A stretch of DNA of 64,000 bases from an uncultured Desulfobacter sp. GTDB lineage: Bacteria; Desulfobacterota; Desulfobacteria; Desulfobacterales; Desulfobacteraceae. The stretch spans positions 448,001-512,000 of the forward strand of contig OY762069.1 in the NCBI GenBank assembly GCA_963665095.1. The letters are read 5' to 3'. The position numbers were made by a program, and so were the translations under genes. A model generated the notes under the pieces. The model searched no databases and was not told the origin of the DNA. It was given only the letters and a program-made list of their open reading frames with translations. Shown here piece after piece: positions 10,636 through 19,820 of the stretch (positions within the stretch are counted from its first letter, which is position 1; each line of letters opens with the position of its first letter).

Positions 10636-12228
10636 TTATTTAAGGTCTACGCCATAAAAAATGTGACCGCCAAAGGGATCAATCTTGTAATCCACCACCT
10701 CTTTTCTGATGGGTTCAAAGACAATTGAATGCGCAATGGTGATCCAGGGAGCCTGTTCTTTAAACAGTTTCTGAGCTTCCCTGTAATATTCGGTTCTCTT
10801 GGCAACATCAGAGGTCAGCTTTGCCTTTTGAAGCAGATTATCAAAGGGTTTGTAACACCATCTGGCGCGGTTGGCTGAACCAATGGCATCGCAACCCAGA
10901 AGAACGCCCATGAAGTTGTCTGGGTCACCGTTGTCGCCGGTCCAGCCCAGAAGTACGGTCATGTGTTCGCCTTCTTTGGAGCGTTTCAGGTATTCGCCCC
11001 ATTCATAGGTCACAATTTTTGCCTTCACACCCAGCTTGGCCCAGTCAGCCTGGATCATCTCTGCCATGCGGCGGGCGTTGGGGTTGTAAGGACGCTGTAC
11101 CGGCATGGCCCACAGATCCGTTTCAAAGCCGTCTTTCAATCCTGCTTCTGCCAGCAGTTTTTTAGCGCCTTCGATATCGTAGGGGTAATCTTTAACGGTT
11201 TCGTTGTATGACCAGATGGTGGGGGGGATGGGGTTGGTGGCGGCTTTGCCGGCACCCTGGTAGATGGCGTCAATAATGGCGGCCTTGTTCACAGCCATGT
11301 TCAACGCTTTTCTCACCCGGACATCATCATAGGGTTTTTTCTCAGTGTTAAACGCCAGGTAGCCGACATTCAATCCCTCTTTTTCCATAAGATTGATATC
11401 GCCGTCCTTTTTCATGGCAGCCAGATCCGCCGGATTGGGGTAAGGCATCACATGGCATTCACCCTTTTTCAGTTTTGCATAGCGAACAGAGGGGTCCGGA
11501 GTGATGGAGAATACCAGTTTGTCAATGTTTGCCTTGCCCTGCCAGTAGGTGGGATGGGCCTTATAGCGGATCAGGGAGTCTTTCTGATAGGAGACAAACA
11601 TGAAAGGTCCTGTGCCAATGGGTTGCTGGTCAAACATTTCAGGGGTGCCGGCCTTCATCATGTTGTCGGCATATTCCTTGGAGTGGATGGAGGCAAAGTC
11701 CATGGCCAGGTTGGCGATAAACGGGGCTTCCGGCTTGTTCAGTTTGAACACGATTGTGTAATCATCTGTTTTGGTCAGGGATTCAATGAGCTCTCCCATA
11801 CCCATGGCTTCGTAGTATTCGTAAGAAGCACCGGATACTTCGTTATAGTATTCACCCTTTCTTGCACGGTTAAAGGTGAATAGAACATCATCCGCATTAA
11901 ACTGGCGGGTGGGCGTAAAAAAAGGCGTGGTATGAAAATCCACGCCTTTTCTCAAGTGAAAGGTATAGGTTTTGCCGTCTTCAGATACATCCCAGGATTC
12001 TGCAAGACCGGGAGTAACCTTGGTGGTGCCTCTTTCAAAAAGAACCAGGCGGTCAAATACATTTTTGGAAGAAGCATCAAAGGTGGTGCCTGCGGTGTAG
12101 TGAATGGGAGTAAACCCTTCAGGGCTGCCCTCAGAGCAGTACACCAGGGTTTTTGCCTGAACAGATGCCGCCATAAATGCAAACATCAGAACAAACAAAA
12201 AAGAAAACACAGCTTTTTTCAATTTCAT
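10636..12228 (-). CDS. dppA: Dipeptide ABC transporter substrate-binding protein
   Basis: Signal peptide, KTLVYCSEGSPEGF, WAMPVQRPYNPNARRMAEMIQADW and GWTGDNGDPDNF, all typical of DppA. Confidence 0.93.
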   Translation of the reverse strand: MKLKKAVFSFLFVLMFAFMAASVQAKTLVYCSEGSPEGFTPIHYTAGTTFDASSKNVFDRLVLFERGTTKVTPGLAESWDVSEDGKTYTFHLRKGVDFHTTPFFTPTRQFNADDVLFTFNRARKGEYYNEVSGASYEYYEAMGMGELIESLTKTDDYTIVFKLNKPEAPFIANLAMDFASIHSKEYADNMMKAGTPEMFDQQPIGTGPFMFVSYQKDSLIRYKAHPTYWQGKANIDKLVFSITPDPSVRYAKLKKGECHVMPYPNPADLAAMKKDGDINLMEKEGLNVGYLAFNTEKKPYDDVRVRKALNMAVNKAAIIDAIYQGAGKAATNPIPPTIWSYNETVKDYPYDIEGAKKLLAEAGLKDGFETDLWAMPVQRPYNPNARRMAEMIQADWAKLGVKAKIVTYEWGEYLKRSKEGEHMTVLLGWTGDNGDPDNFMGVLLGCDAIGSANRARWCYKPFDNLLQKAKLTSDVAKRTEYYREAQKLFKEQAPWITIAHSIVFEPIRKEVVDYKIDPFGGHIFYGVDLK

Positions 12229-12349
12229 CTTCTCTCTCCTTTTTAGGTTTTAGGTTGTGCTTTGTTAGGAACCTGTCAGACCTCTTATCATGATCTGCAG
12301 ATTTTGTCTGCTGAAATCCAATCGTTGGTTTCAGACATATTCATTTTTT

Positions 12350-14710
12350 TTATTGCATTTCTTGTGCTGTACGACTGATGATCTCCTCCTGGTGATCACG
12401 GTCAAGATCCACAAAATAATCACTGTAACCTGCCACCCGCACCAGAAGGTTGCGGTAGTTGTCCGGATTATTCTGGGCGTCACGCAGGGTGTTGGTATCC
12501 ACCACGTTGAACTGGACATGGTGGCCCCCTAACCCGAAATAGGTACGGATCAGGGCGGTCAGTTTTTTTAAGTCCTTGTCCGTTGACAGCACCGACGGCA
12601 GGAATCTTTGGTTGAGCAGGGTGCCGCCGGATTTTGCCTGGTCCATTTTGGACAGGGATTTAATCACTGCGGTGGGTCCGTTTTTGTCCGCCCCGTGGGA
12701 GGGAGATGTGCCGTCGGATTCAGGGGCATGGGCAAACCGTCCGTTGGGGGTTGCCCCCAGCATTTTGCCAAAGTAAACATGACAGGTGGTGGAGAGCATG
12801 TTGAGCCGGTAGACCGTGCCTTTGGTGTTGGGCTTGCCGTCAATGGCGGCAAGCAGGCTTTTATACACCTGCTGCATGATGGTATCGGCCCTGTCGTCAT
12901 CATTGCCGAAAAATGGCGTACGGTTCCACAGTTTGAGACGCAGGGCTTCGGCGTCTTTGAAGTTGGTGGACAGGGCGTTTAAAAGTTCTTTCATGGAGAC
13001 GGATCCTGTTTCATACACATGGGTCCGGATGGCGGACAGGCTGTCAGTTACCGTGCCGATGCCACAGCACTGGATATAGTTGGTGTTGTACTTTGGCCCG
13101 CCATTGTAATAATCTTTCCCCTTGTCAATGCAGCCGTCAATTACGGTGGAGAGCAAAGGCGCCGGGCAGTAGGCCGCATACATACGCTCAATATAGTTGT
13201 TTACCCGGATCTTTAAATTAACAATATACGCCAGCTGGGCTTCAAACCCGGCATAGAGCTTTTCATAGGTATCAAAGGATTCTGGATCACCGGTTTCAAT
13301 ACCTACCATCTGCCCTGACAGTGGATCAATTCCGTTGTTCAGGGTAATTTCAAGAATTTTAGGCACATTGAGATAGCCTGTGAGGATGTAGGCTTCCTTG
13401 CCGAAACAGCCGGTTTCAATGCATCCGCTGGTGCCGCCCTGCCTGGCGTCCTCCACAGTCTTTCCCATGCCCACCTGTTCCATGATCACCGTGTCAGTAT
13501 TAAAAACAGAAGGGTAACCATGGCCTTTTTTAATCACCCGGGCCGCAGCATCCAGGAAGCGTTCCGGGGTTTTTGTGCTGACATGCACCGACGGCTGGGG
13601 CTGGAGAAGCGCCAGTTCGTCTGCCACCTCCAGGGCCATGAAGGAGACCTCACTGGACCCGTCACTGCCGTCGCCCTTAAGACCGCCCAGATTCACCTGG
13701 GTAAAATCGTTGTATGTGCCGCTCTCCCTGGCCGTTACCCCCACCTTGGGCGGAGCAGTATGGTTGTTAATCTTAATCCAGAGACAGGCCAGAAGTTCCT
13801 TGGCTTTATTTCTGTCAATGGTGCCGGTTTCCACCTCTTTTTCGTAAAAAGGGGCCAGGTGCTGGTCCAGATGTCCGGGTGACATGGCGTCCCAGCCGTT
13901 AAGTTCTGTGATGGTGCCCAGATGGACAAACCAGTACATTTGAATAGCCTCGTGAAAGGTTGATGGGGCGTGTTCCGGCACTTTCCGGCACACCCGGGCG
14001 ATTTCCAGAAGTTCTTTTTTGCGTGAGGTGTCTGTTTCTTTCTGTGCCAGCTGTTCTGCCAGGTCTGCATGACGCCGGGCAAAAACGATCAGGGCATCGC
14101 AGGCAATTTTCATGGCGGAAAGCGTCTCAAACCGGTCCGATGCCTCAGGATCATTCATATAGTCCAGTGCATCCATCCGGGCCTGGATCCGGGCTTTAAA
14201 ATCTGCCATCCCCGTCTGGTAGATTTGACCGTCCAGTGCGGTATGTCCTGGTGCCCTTTGTTCCATGAATTCAGTGAAAAGACCGGCCTGATATGCGTTT
14301 TTCCAGTTTTCCGGCACCTGGCTGAAAATTCGGTCCCGGATAGAACGGCCCTGCCAGTAGGGAATCACCTTTTCCTCATAGGTCTGAATATCTTTTTTTT
14401 CCACCCTGTAGCGGGTCATGGGCCGGGTGTTCAGGGTTTCAAGGTCAGCGGTCGTATGGCAGGTGAGCTCAGGGAAAGTTGGCACCACTTTGGGGGCAGG
14501 CCCACGTTCTCCCACGATCAACTCCTTTTCTCCGATGTAAATAGTTTTTTCCCGGCACAGGGTGTCAAAGAACTTAGCCCGGAGCACCGGCAGGGAGTAC
14601 CGACCGGCGTTATTTTGGTAAAATTTTGTTTCAATCAATGCCCGTTCAATGGAAATGGCCGGCGTTGCATTAAAACTTAAATTTCGTAAATATGTGATAC
14701 GTTCGTTCAT
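12350..14710 (-). CDS. hypD: Glycyl radical enzyme, trans-4-hydroxy-L-proline dehydratase
   Basis: Glycyl loop RVAGY and Cys loop GGTSGCIE. HypD-type motifs FMEQRAPGH, WDA, ESGTYNDF, YILTGY and MLSTTCH match the spacing of C. difficile HypD active-site residues as recalled. Confidence 0.88.
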   Translation of the reverse strand: MNERITYLRNLSFNATPAISIERALIETKFYQNNAGRYSLPVLRAKFFDTLCREKTIYIGEKELIVGERGPAPKVVPTFPELTCHTTADLETLNTRPMTRYRVEKKDIQTYEEKVIPYWQGRSIRDRIFSQVPENWKNAYQAGLFTEFMEQRAPGHTALDGQIYQTGMADFKARIQARMDALDYMNDPEASDRFETLSAMKIACDALIVFARRHADLAEQLAQKETDTSRKKELLEIARVCRKVPEHAPSTFHEAIQMYWFVHLGTITELNGWDAMSPGHLDQHLAPFYEKEVETGTIDRNKAKELLACLWIKINNHTAPPKVGVTARESGTYNDFTQVNLGGLKGDGSDGSSEVSFMALEVADELALLQPQPSVHVSTKTPERFLDAAARVIKKGHGYPSVFNTDTVIMEQVGMGKTVEDARQGGTSGCIETGCFGKEAYILTGYLNVPKILEITLNNGIDPLSGQMVGIETGDPESFDTYEKLYAGFEAQLAYIVNLKIRVNNYIERMYAAYCPAPLLSTVIDGCIDKGKDYYNGGPKYNTNYIQCCGIGTVTDSLSAIRTHVYETGSVSMKELLNALSTNFKDAEALRLKLWNRTPFFGNDDDRADTIMQQVYKSLLAAIDGKPNTKGTVYRLNMLSTTCHVYFGKMLGATPNGRFAHAPESDGTSPSHGADKNGPTAVIKSLSKMDQAKSGGTLLNQRFLPSVLSTDKDLKKLTALIRTYFGLGGHHVQFNVVDTNTLRDAQNNPDNYRNLLVRVAGYSDYFVDLDRDHQEEIISRTAQEMQ

Positions 14711-14716
14711 CTTAGA

Positions 14717-15625
14717 TTAACCTCCAATGGTAGTGTAAAGGCCGTGGGCTTGAAGAAGATCTGCACACCGGGCTATTTTTTTATCGGAAGGGCGTTGCAG
14801 GGAAAAATTGGGTATTTCCATGCCCAGCTTTTTATATTTTCCAGCAGCCATGTCATGGAAGGGCAGAAGATCTACCCGGCTTTTAGGCCGGATTCCGGAA
14901 ATGAATCTGCCGGTATTGTTAATATTGTCCGGATCTGTATTCACCCCTTCTATCAGGGGGATTCGAAACCGGATATCCGCGCCGGCAGCTGCCAGAAAAC
15001 GGATATTGTCAAGGATGAGTTCATTGGGTCTGCCAGTGAACTTTTCATGCGCGGCACTGTTCATATGTTTGAGATCGACAAGAAACAGATCTGTCAGGCC
15101 GGCAATTTTTTCGAGCAGGGCTGTCCGGGTATACAGGCAGGTATCCACAGCACAATGAATGTTTATCGCTTTACAGGCCTTAAGCAGTTCCAGTAAGAAT
15201 TGGGGCTGAAACAAGGGGTCGCCTCCGGAAAAGGTCACCCCGCCACCGGACTGGTCATAAAAGGGGATATCCTTTTTAATCTGGGTTATGACGTCATTGA
15301 TATCCACAATGCGCCCCACAGCTTCGTGGGCCAGGGCTGGACAGGTTTCTGCGCAATGGCCGCATCCGGTGCACAGTGATTTGTTCCGGAAAATAGCGCC
15401 TTGATTCAGGGTCAGGGCATTGGCGTCACACGCCTTTATGCACTGGCCGCAGCCGATGCATAATTTTTTTTGCCAGATATGCTCAATGCCCGGGATAATG
15501 CCTTCAGGGTTGTGACACCAGGCGCACCGTAACGGGCACCCTTTGAAAAATACCGTTGTCCGGATATTGGGCCCGTCATGAATGGCATATTTTTTTATGG
15601 CAAAGATCTGCCCCCTTTCTGTCAC
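14717..15625 (-). CDS. Glycyl-radical enzyme activating protein (radical SAM with ferredoxin-like insert)
   Basis: HDGPNIRTTVFFKGCPLRCAWCHNPE, two extra Cys clusters (CIGCGQC...C, CTGCGHC...C), GGVTFSGG. Ends 6 nt before the GRE start. Confidence 0.93.
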   Translation of the reverse strand: MTERGQIFAIKKYAIHDGPNIRTTVFFKGCPLRCAWCHNPEGIIPGIEHIWQKKLCIGCGQCIKACDANALTLNQGAIFRNKSLCTGCGHCAETCPALAHEAVGRIVDINDVITQIKKDIPFYDQSGGGVTFSGGDPLFQPQFLLELLKACKAINIHCAVDTCLYTRTALLEKIAGLTDLFLVDLKHMNSAAHEKFTGRPNELILDNIRFLAAAGADIRFRIPLIEGVNTDPDNINNTGRFISGIRPKSRVDLLPFHDMAAGKYKKLGMEIPNFSLQRPSDKKIARCADLLQAHGLYTTIGG

Positions 15626-16344
15626 GCTCTTTGGCCCTCCATCAGCTTGGAGAATTTCAGAACATGCTGCCTGGCAGCCGCTTCAGCTTCCTTCGGTTCT
15701 TTCTGGGTAACAGCCCTGTGAATGGCTTTCAGGTCATTGACATCCTCTGTGAGCAACGTGTTTGAAAAGGGCAGAAAGGTCTGGAAATAGACATGGATAT
15801 TTTCATGAATACAGGTCTGGTTGGCCAGTAGCAGTGGATTGTCCGCCATAAGGGCTATCTGTTGGTGAAAAAGAGCATCCAGCCGGTGAAATTCGTCGAA
15901 GTTGTCCGGGTTGGTGGCGGCATGGGCCTCAATGTCAGCCATAATCGTATCCAGTTCCTTCATTTGATCTGCGGTGACATTGGACGCGGCTTTCCGGGCC
16001 GCATATCCTTCAAGAAAGGCTCTGAACTCCGCTAAATGTTCCAGAGAACACTGCTGGTGGCGAATCATCACGGCAATGCTGTCCTGCATGGCCCGGGTAT
16101 TTGCGGGCTGGACCTCGGCGCCGCCCTTAACACCGGCTCGGATAGCCACAAGCCCTTTGTTTTCAAGTACCAGCAACGCCTCTCGGATGGTACCCCGGCT
16201 GGTATTAAAGGTCTCTTTGAGTTGCATCTCCGGGGGCAGGCGGTCGCCGGCCTTGATGCTGCCGTTAAATATGGCTTCTTCAATCTGTTCCACCACATGT
16301 TCATAGGACTTTTTGGGGGTTGCTTGGGTAAAGTTCAGGGCCAT
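15622..16344 (-). CDS. GntR/FadR-family transcriptional regulator
   Basis: wHTH GDRLPPE...SRGTIREAL and FCD domain (DALFH...NPLL). ATG 16344 has a GGAG RBS (track start is 16359). GTGA overlap with the activase. Confidence 0.9.
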   Translation of the reverse strand: MALNFTQATPKKSYEHVVEQIEEAIFNGSIKAGDRLPPEMQLKETFNTSRGTIREALLVLENKGLVAIRAGVKGGAEVQPANTRAMQDSIAVMIRHQQCSLEHLAEFRAFLEGYAARKAASNVTADQMKELDTIMADIEAHAATNPDNFDEFHRLDALFHQQIALMADNPLLLANQTCIHENIHVYFQTFLPFSNTLLTEDVNDLKAIHRAVTQKEPKEAEAAARQHVLKFSKLMEGQRA

Positions 16345-16382
16345 GACTGCTCCATACATATATACTTTATGTCGAATTGTTT

Positions 16383-16422
16383 AATTGTCTGACAATTTAA
16401 GTGCCTTTGAATTTTTTGTCAA
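16383..16422 (-). promoter_or_regulatory. Sigma70 promoter (TTGACA-17-TAAATT) overlapped by a FadR-type operator AATTGTC-T-GACAATT
   Basis: On the minus strand, -35 lies at 16422-16417 and -10 at 16399-16394. The palindrome at 16383-16397 fits the FadR-subfamily pattern TNGT-N3-ACNA. Confidence 0.65.
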
Positions 16423-16509
16423 GCCGGCAATATCTCTTTTGGTAACCATGCCGGCTATGATAGATTTCCATGCTGAAACAAAGGTAAATGCAGTAAAAAG
16501 GAACCCTAT

Positions 16510-17448
16510 TTGGAAAATCAGTTTCACATACCTGCCCAAACAGCCTTCTGGGATATAAATTGCCTGCCTGTAGCTCCGGTATCACGCATGGCACCAACAC
16601 CATCCGGTTTTTTGCATCTGGGCAATGCCGTTAATTTCCTGATGACCTGGGCCATTGTAAGAAGCCGTAACGGCAAGCTTCATTTGAGAGTAGATGACAT
16701 GGACGGGATCAGATTCCGGCAGGATGTGCTGGAGGACATATTTTACAGTCTGGAGTGGCTGGGTGTGGACTGGGATACCGGGCCATCAGGACCGGAAGAA
16801 TTTTACCATACCTTTTCCCTGCAAAAAAAGAAACCTGATTACTGGGAACGGTTGTGCGGGCTTATGGAGGGGACTGACAAGACCTTTGCCTGCCAGTGCA
16901 GCCGGTCCGCCATTAAACAGGCAAGTTCAGACGGGCTTTATCCCGGTACCTGCCGGGATAAAGGGCTATTGTTTCAACCCGGCCGCCATGCCATCCGGTT
17001 AAAGGTAGACAAAGACACCGTTGTTCGGGTGAATGAAACTAACATTGACTTAAGCGGGGAGTTTGGTGACTTTGTGATCTGGCGCAAGGACGATCAGCCA
17101 AGCTATCACCTGGCAAGCCTGCTTGAGGATGAAGCAGGGGGCGTCAATTTAATTATCAGAGGAGAGGACCTTTTTTCCTCCACGGCTGCCCAGGTCTATC
17201 TGGCCAGCTGTTTCGGATTTGCCGGCTTTCCTTCCTGTCATTTTATTCACCACGGGCTTGTACGTGACTGCGCTGGTGAAAAACTTTCCAAATCCAGGGG
17301 AGCCTTTGCCCTTAAGGACATACGCGAAGCAGGCGGGACGCCCCTTGCTGCTGTAAGAACGGCCGCCCGTTTTTTAGGGGTGATCGAAGATGAAGTTGCA
17401 TCTGCAAATGACTTGTTACGATCAGTGGCAGGTCCTGTTCAATTTTAA
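16510..17448 (+). CDS. gluQ: Glutamyl-Q tRNA(Asp) synthetase-like protein (GluRS catalytic domain only)
   Basis: RMAPTPSGFLHLGN (HIGH-like), LRVDD, CxCSR...YPGTC, GDFVIWRKD, IIRGEDL, KLSKS. About 310 aa with no anticodon-binding domain. Confidence 0.75.
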   Translation: MENQFHIPAQTAFWDINCLPVAPVSRMAPTPSGFLHLGNAVNFLMTWAIVRSRNGKLHLRVDDMDGIRFRQDVLEDIFYSLEWLGVDWDTGPSGPEEFYHTFSLQKKKPDYWERLCGLMEGTDKTFACQCSRSAIKQASSDGLYPGTCRDKGLLFQPGRHAIRLKVDKDTVVRVNETNIDLSGEFGDFVIWRKDDQPSYHLASLLEDEAGGVNLIIRGEDLFSSTAAQVYLASCFGFAGFPSCHFIHHGLVRDCAGEKLSKSRGAFALKDIREAGGTPLAAVRTAARFLGVIEDEVASANDLLRSVAGPVQF

Positions 17449-17750
17449 AGATATATCTCTTGAATTATAAACAGATATTTGCTTTAGTATAGTTATTCAG
17501 CTTCATTGACGCAATTTGGAAAAAACATTCCTGAATTATGCAGTGATTTCTTAATGATTATTACATAATCCGGTAAAAAAAGATTGATAAATAGGCTGAA
17601 TATGCGACAATAACCTACATCTCCAATACGATATGGGATTTTCATTACGGCGGGTATCCAGGTCATGGTATGCCAGGTTCCCCCGAAATATATAACGATT
17701 ACCTTCAGCGCGCTAATTTTGTAATATTTTCCAAAACAAGGAGTTAAGAG

Positions 17751-18173
17751 GTGACAGATCCGTTTTCAAAAGACAAATTTCTCCTGGATGAGATTATGTC
17801 TGAAGCCCGTACCCTGGCCGAGGATCTGCAAAAGGATATCCTGGATTATATCCGAAACATGAGGGAGCCACGATCGTATCCCAGGATTAATAAATCCATA
17901 GAGGTCGATGTCCTGATCGGTGACAAAATAATCCAGTCCAATGCCCGAAATATCAGTGCTTCAGGCATTTTTATCCGATCAGGTGTGAAGCCGGAAATAG
18001 GCACGCCTGCCAAGGTCGTCTTTTCCCTGCCCGGACAGCCCCGGCCCTTTAAACTTGGTGCCACCGTGGTCCGGATCGAAAGCGGCGGTATCGGATTGTG
18101 CTTCTCTGAGATGACCTCCTATGCCCGTGAAAATCTTGATAATCTGTTAAAAGGACTGAATCCGGAAACTTAA
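17751..18173 (+). CDS. PilZ-domain (c-di-GMP-binding) protein
   Basis: RxxxR (RSYPR) and NISASG motifs, ATVVR, GIGLCF. Confidence 0.85.
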   Translation: MTDPFSKDKFLLDEIMSEARTLAEDLQKDILDYIRNMREPRSYPRINKSIEVDVLIGDKIIQSNARNISASGIFIRSGVKPEIGTPAKVVFSLPGQPRPFKLGATVVRIESGGIGLCFSEMTSYARENLDNLLKGLNPET

Positions 18174-18224
18174 ATATGACGTATCTACTCTCTCCCCCGT
18201 TATTGGGTTTCACTGCCTGATATC

Positions 18225-19499
18225 ATGGCACTTGAACCAAGTCCTTCTGATCTGACAAAACAATTGGTTGCCATAGTTGGCCAATCCGAGTCCTGTAGAA
18301 ATATCATTCCTATTTTAGCAAAATCGGAAATCGTAAAGAAAGGATGCTGTTTTGTCCTTGTCGTCTGTGCTGCCTCTGACTCATTGGCACTTGCGGTCTC
18401 TCAATTTACAGGTGTTTCAGTTACTGCCGGCGTCGGGGATCTCTTGAATGAAAGGGATCTTGCCCTGGTGTTTGTTTTGCAGGCGGTCCCAGGGTTTGAT
18501 ACCATATCTGCACAATTGAAACACCGGGGTGTTCCGATTCTGGATTTTAATGTCTGCGGGGGAAAAACGTCTTCCGAATATATAGTTGCTGAATTTGAAA
18601 GATGCATAATCCGGGAAAAAATCGCTGACGGGAATGCGACATCACAGGAAATTTTAACTTTATTTGATCAATATTCCCGGCATGCTCAGGGGCAGACCCG
18701 GGCAGAACACCAGTGTCCTGTATCAGATACCAGTGGTATGGATGGCTGCAATATTGAGGCTGGAAACGGGGAAAAAGAGTGCCAAAAGTTCCATACTGCC
18801 AAACTCGCCCAGATCGGTACCATGACTGCCAGTATCGCCCATGAGATTATCCAGCCCCTGAATGTGATCCAGACCTGTGGGAATCTCATGCTGGCAATGG
18901 CAAAAAAAGGGGTTGAAATCCCTTTGGACGAGCTTTCGGAAATGGCCGGTGATATACTATCCCATGCTGCCAGGGCCACAGGTATTGCCGGACGCATCAG
19001 GGATTTTTCAAAAAAAAGAGTCTCGGTGTATAAACGGCTTAACCTTAATGACCCCGTTCGCGGGGCAGAAAGAATGATGACGCATTACCTTCAACAGCGC
19101 CACATAAGCCTTGACCTGAATCTTGAGGAAAACCTGCCTGTTGTAAACGGGTGCCATAACCAGCTGGAACAAGTGTTTGTCAATCTGATGATCAATGCAG
19201 CTGATGCCATGGAAGAAAAAAGCAGGATCAGTGATGGCCCGGTAGAAAAAATACTCTCCATACGCACCACTGTCCAGGGGACAAAGGTCCTGGCCAGAGT
19301 AAGGGATACCGGCACAGGAATGAGCCTGGCTGTAAAAAAAAGGATGTTTACCCCATTTTATACCACCAAACCCCATGGCACAGGTCTTGGTACCGCTATT
19401 ATCCAGGAAATTATTCAGGAGCACGGCGGTGTTATTGACGTTGAAAGTTCGGAAAGCCGGGGCAGTGAATTCATTCTTTTTTTCCCTGCAATTGTTTAA
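18225..19499 (+). CDS. Cytoplasmic histidine kinase (NtrB-like HisKA-HATPase)
   Basis: SIAHEIIQPL, QLEQVFVNLMINAADA, DTGTGM, FTPFYTTK, GTGLG. Confidence 0.85.
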   Translation: MALEPSPSDLTKQLVAIVGQSESCRNIIPILAKSEIVKKGCCFVLVVCAASDSLALAVSQFTGVSVTAGVGDLLNERDLALVFVLQAVPGFDTISAQLKHRGVPILDFNVCGGKTSSEYIVAEFERCIIREKIADGNATSQEILTLFDQYSRHAQGQTRAEHQCPVSDTSGMDGCNIEAGNGEKECQKFHTAKLAQIGTMTASIAHEIIQPLNVIQTCGNLMLAMAKKGVEIPLDELSEMAGDILSHAARATGIAGRIRDFSKKRVSVYKRLNLNDPVRGAERMMTHYLQQRHISLDLNLEENLPVVNGCHNQLEQVFVNLMINAADAMEEKSRISDGPVEKILSIRTTVQGTKVLARVRDTGTGMSLAVKKRMFTPFYTTKPHGTGLGTAIIQEIIQEHGGVIDVESSESRGSEFILFFPAIV

Positions 19500-19691
19500 A
19501 GGAAAAGTGTAAAAAAAATTTACAGGATGTAAAGTTTTTAATATTTTTTTAACCTCTTGTATTTGTATGGCATTTTTAAACCATGCCCCTGTGTGAAAAG
19601 GGGATGCAAAATGTGAGAATTCCCTTTCTAACAAAGATTTCGCCATTTCTTTGAACGATTGTTCTTCTGAAAAAAGGCCACAACAAACGGC

Positions 19692-19720
19692 TTGACTCCC
19701 ATAAAATTTGATATTAGTCT
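19692..19720 (+). promoter_or_regulatory. Putative sigma70 promoter of the RR-mrp operon
   Basis: TTGACT-17 nt-TAGTCT, about 100 nt upstream of ATG 19821. Confidence 0.45.
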
Positions 19721-19820
19721 GTTTTCAGATTTGAGCGCTGGTAATTTCTGAAACCCATCTAAAAAACAGGTTGTGTGAAAATAGTGAGCGGATAAATAAT
19801 AACAAAAGCAAAAGGGCCAT

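Noticed and set aside
12350..14710. Pyruvate formate-lyase, choline TMA-lyase or diol dehydratase assignment for the GRE
   Set aside because: It has a single-Cys SGCIE loop rather than the PFL CC pair, it carries HypD-type motifs, and there are no microcompartment genes nearby.
19508..19590. UAS-like palindrome TGTAAA-N5-TTTACA followed by TGGCAT, a possible sigma54 promoter
   Set aside because: There is no TTGC -12 element at the required spacing.
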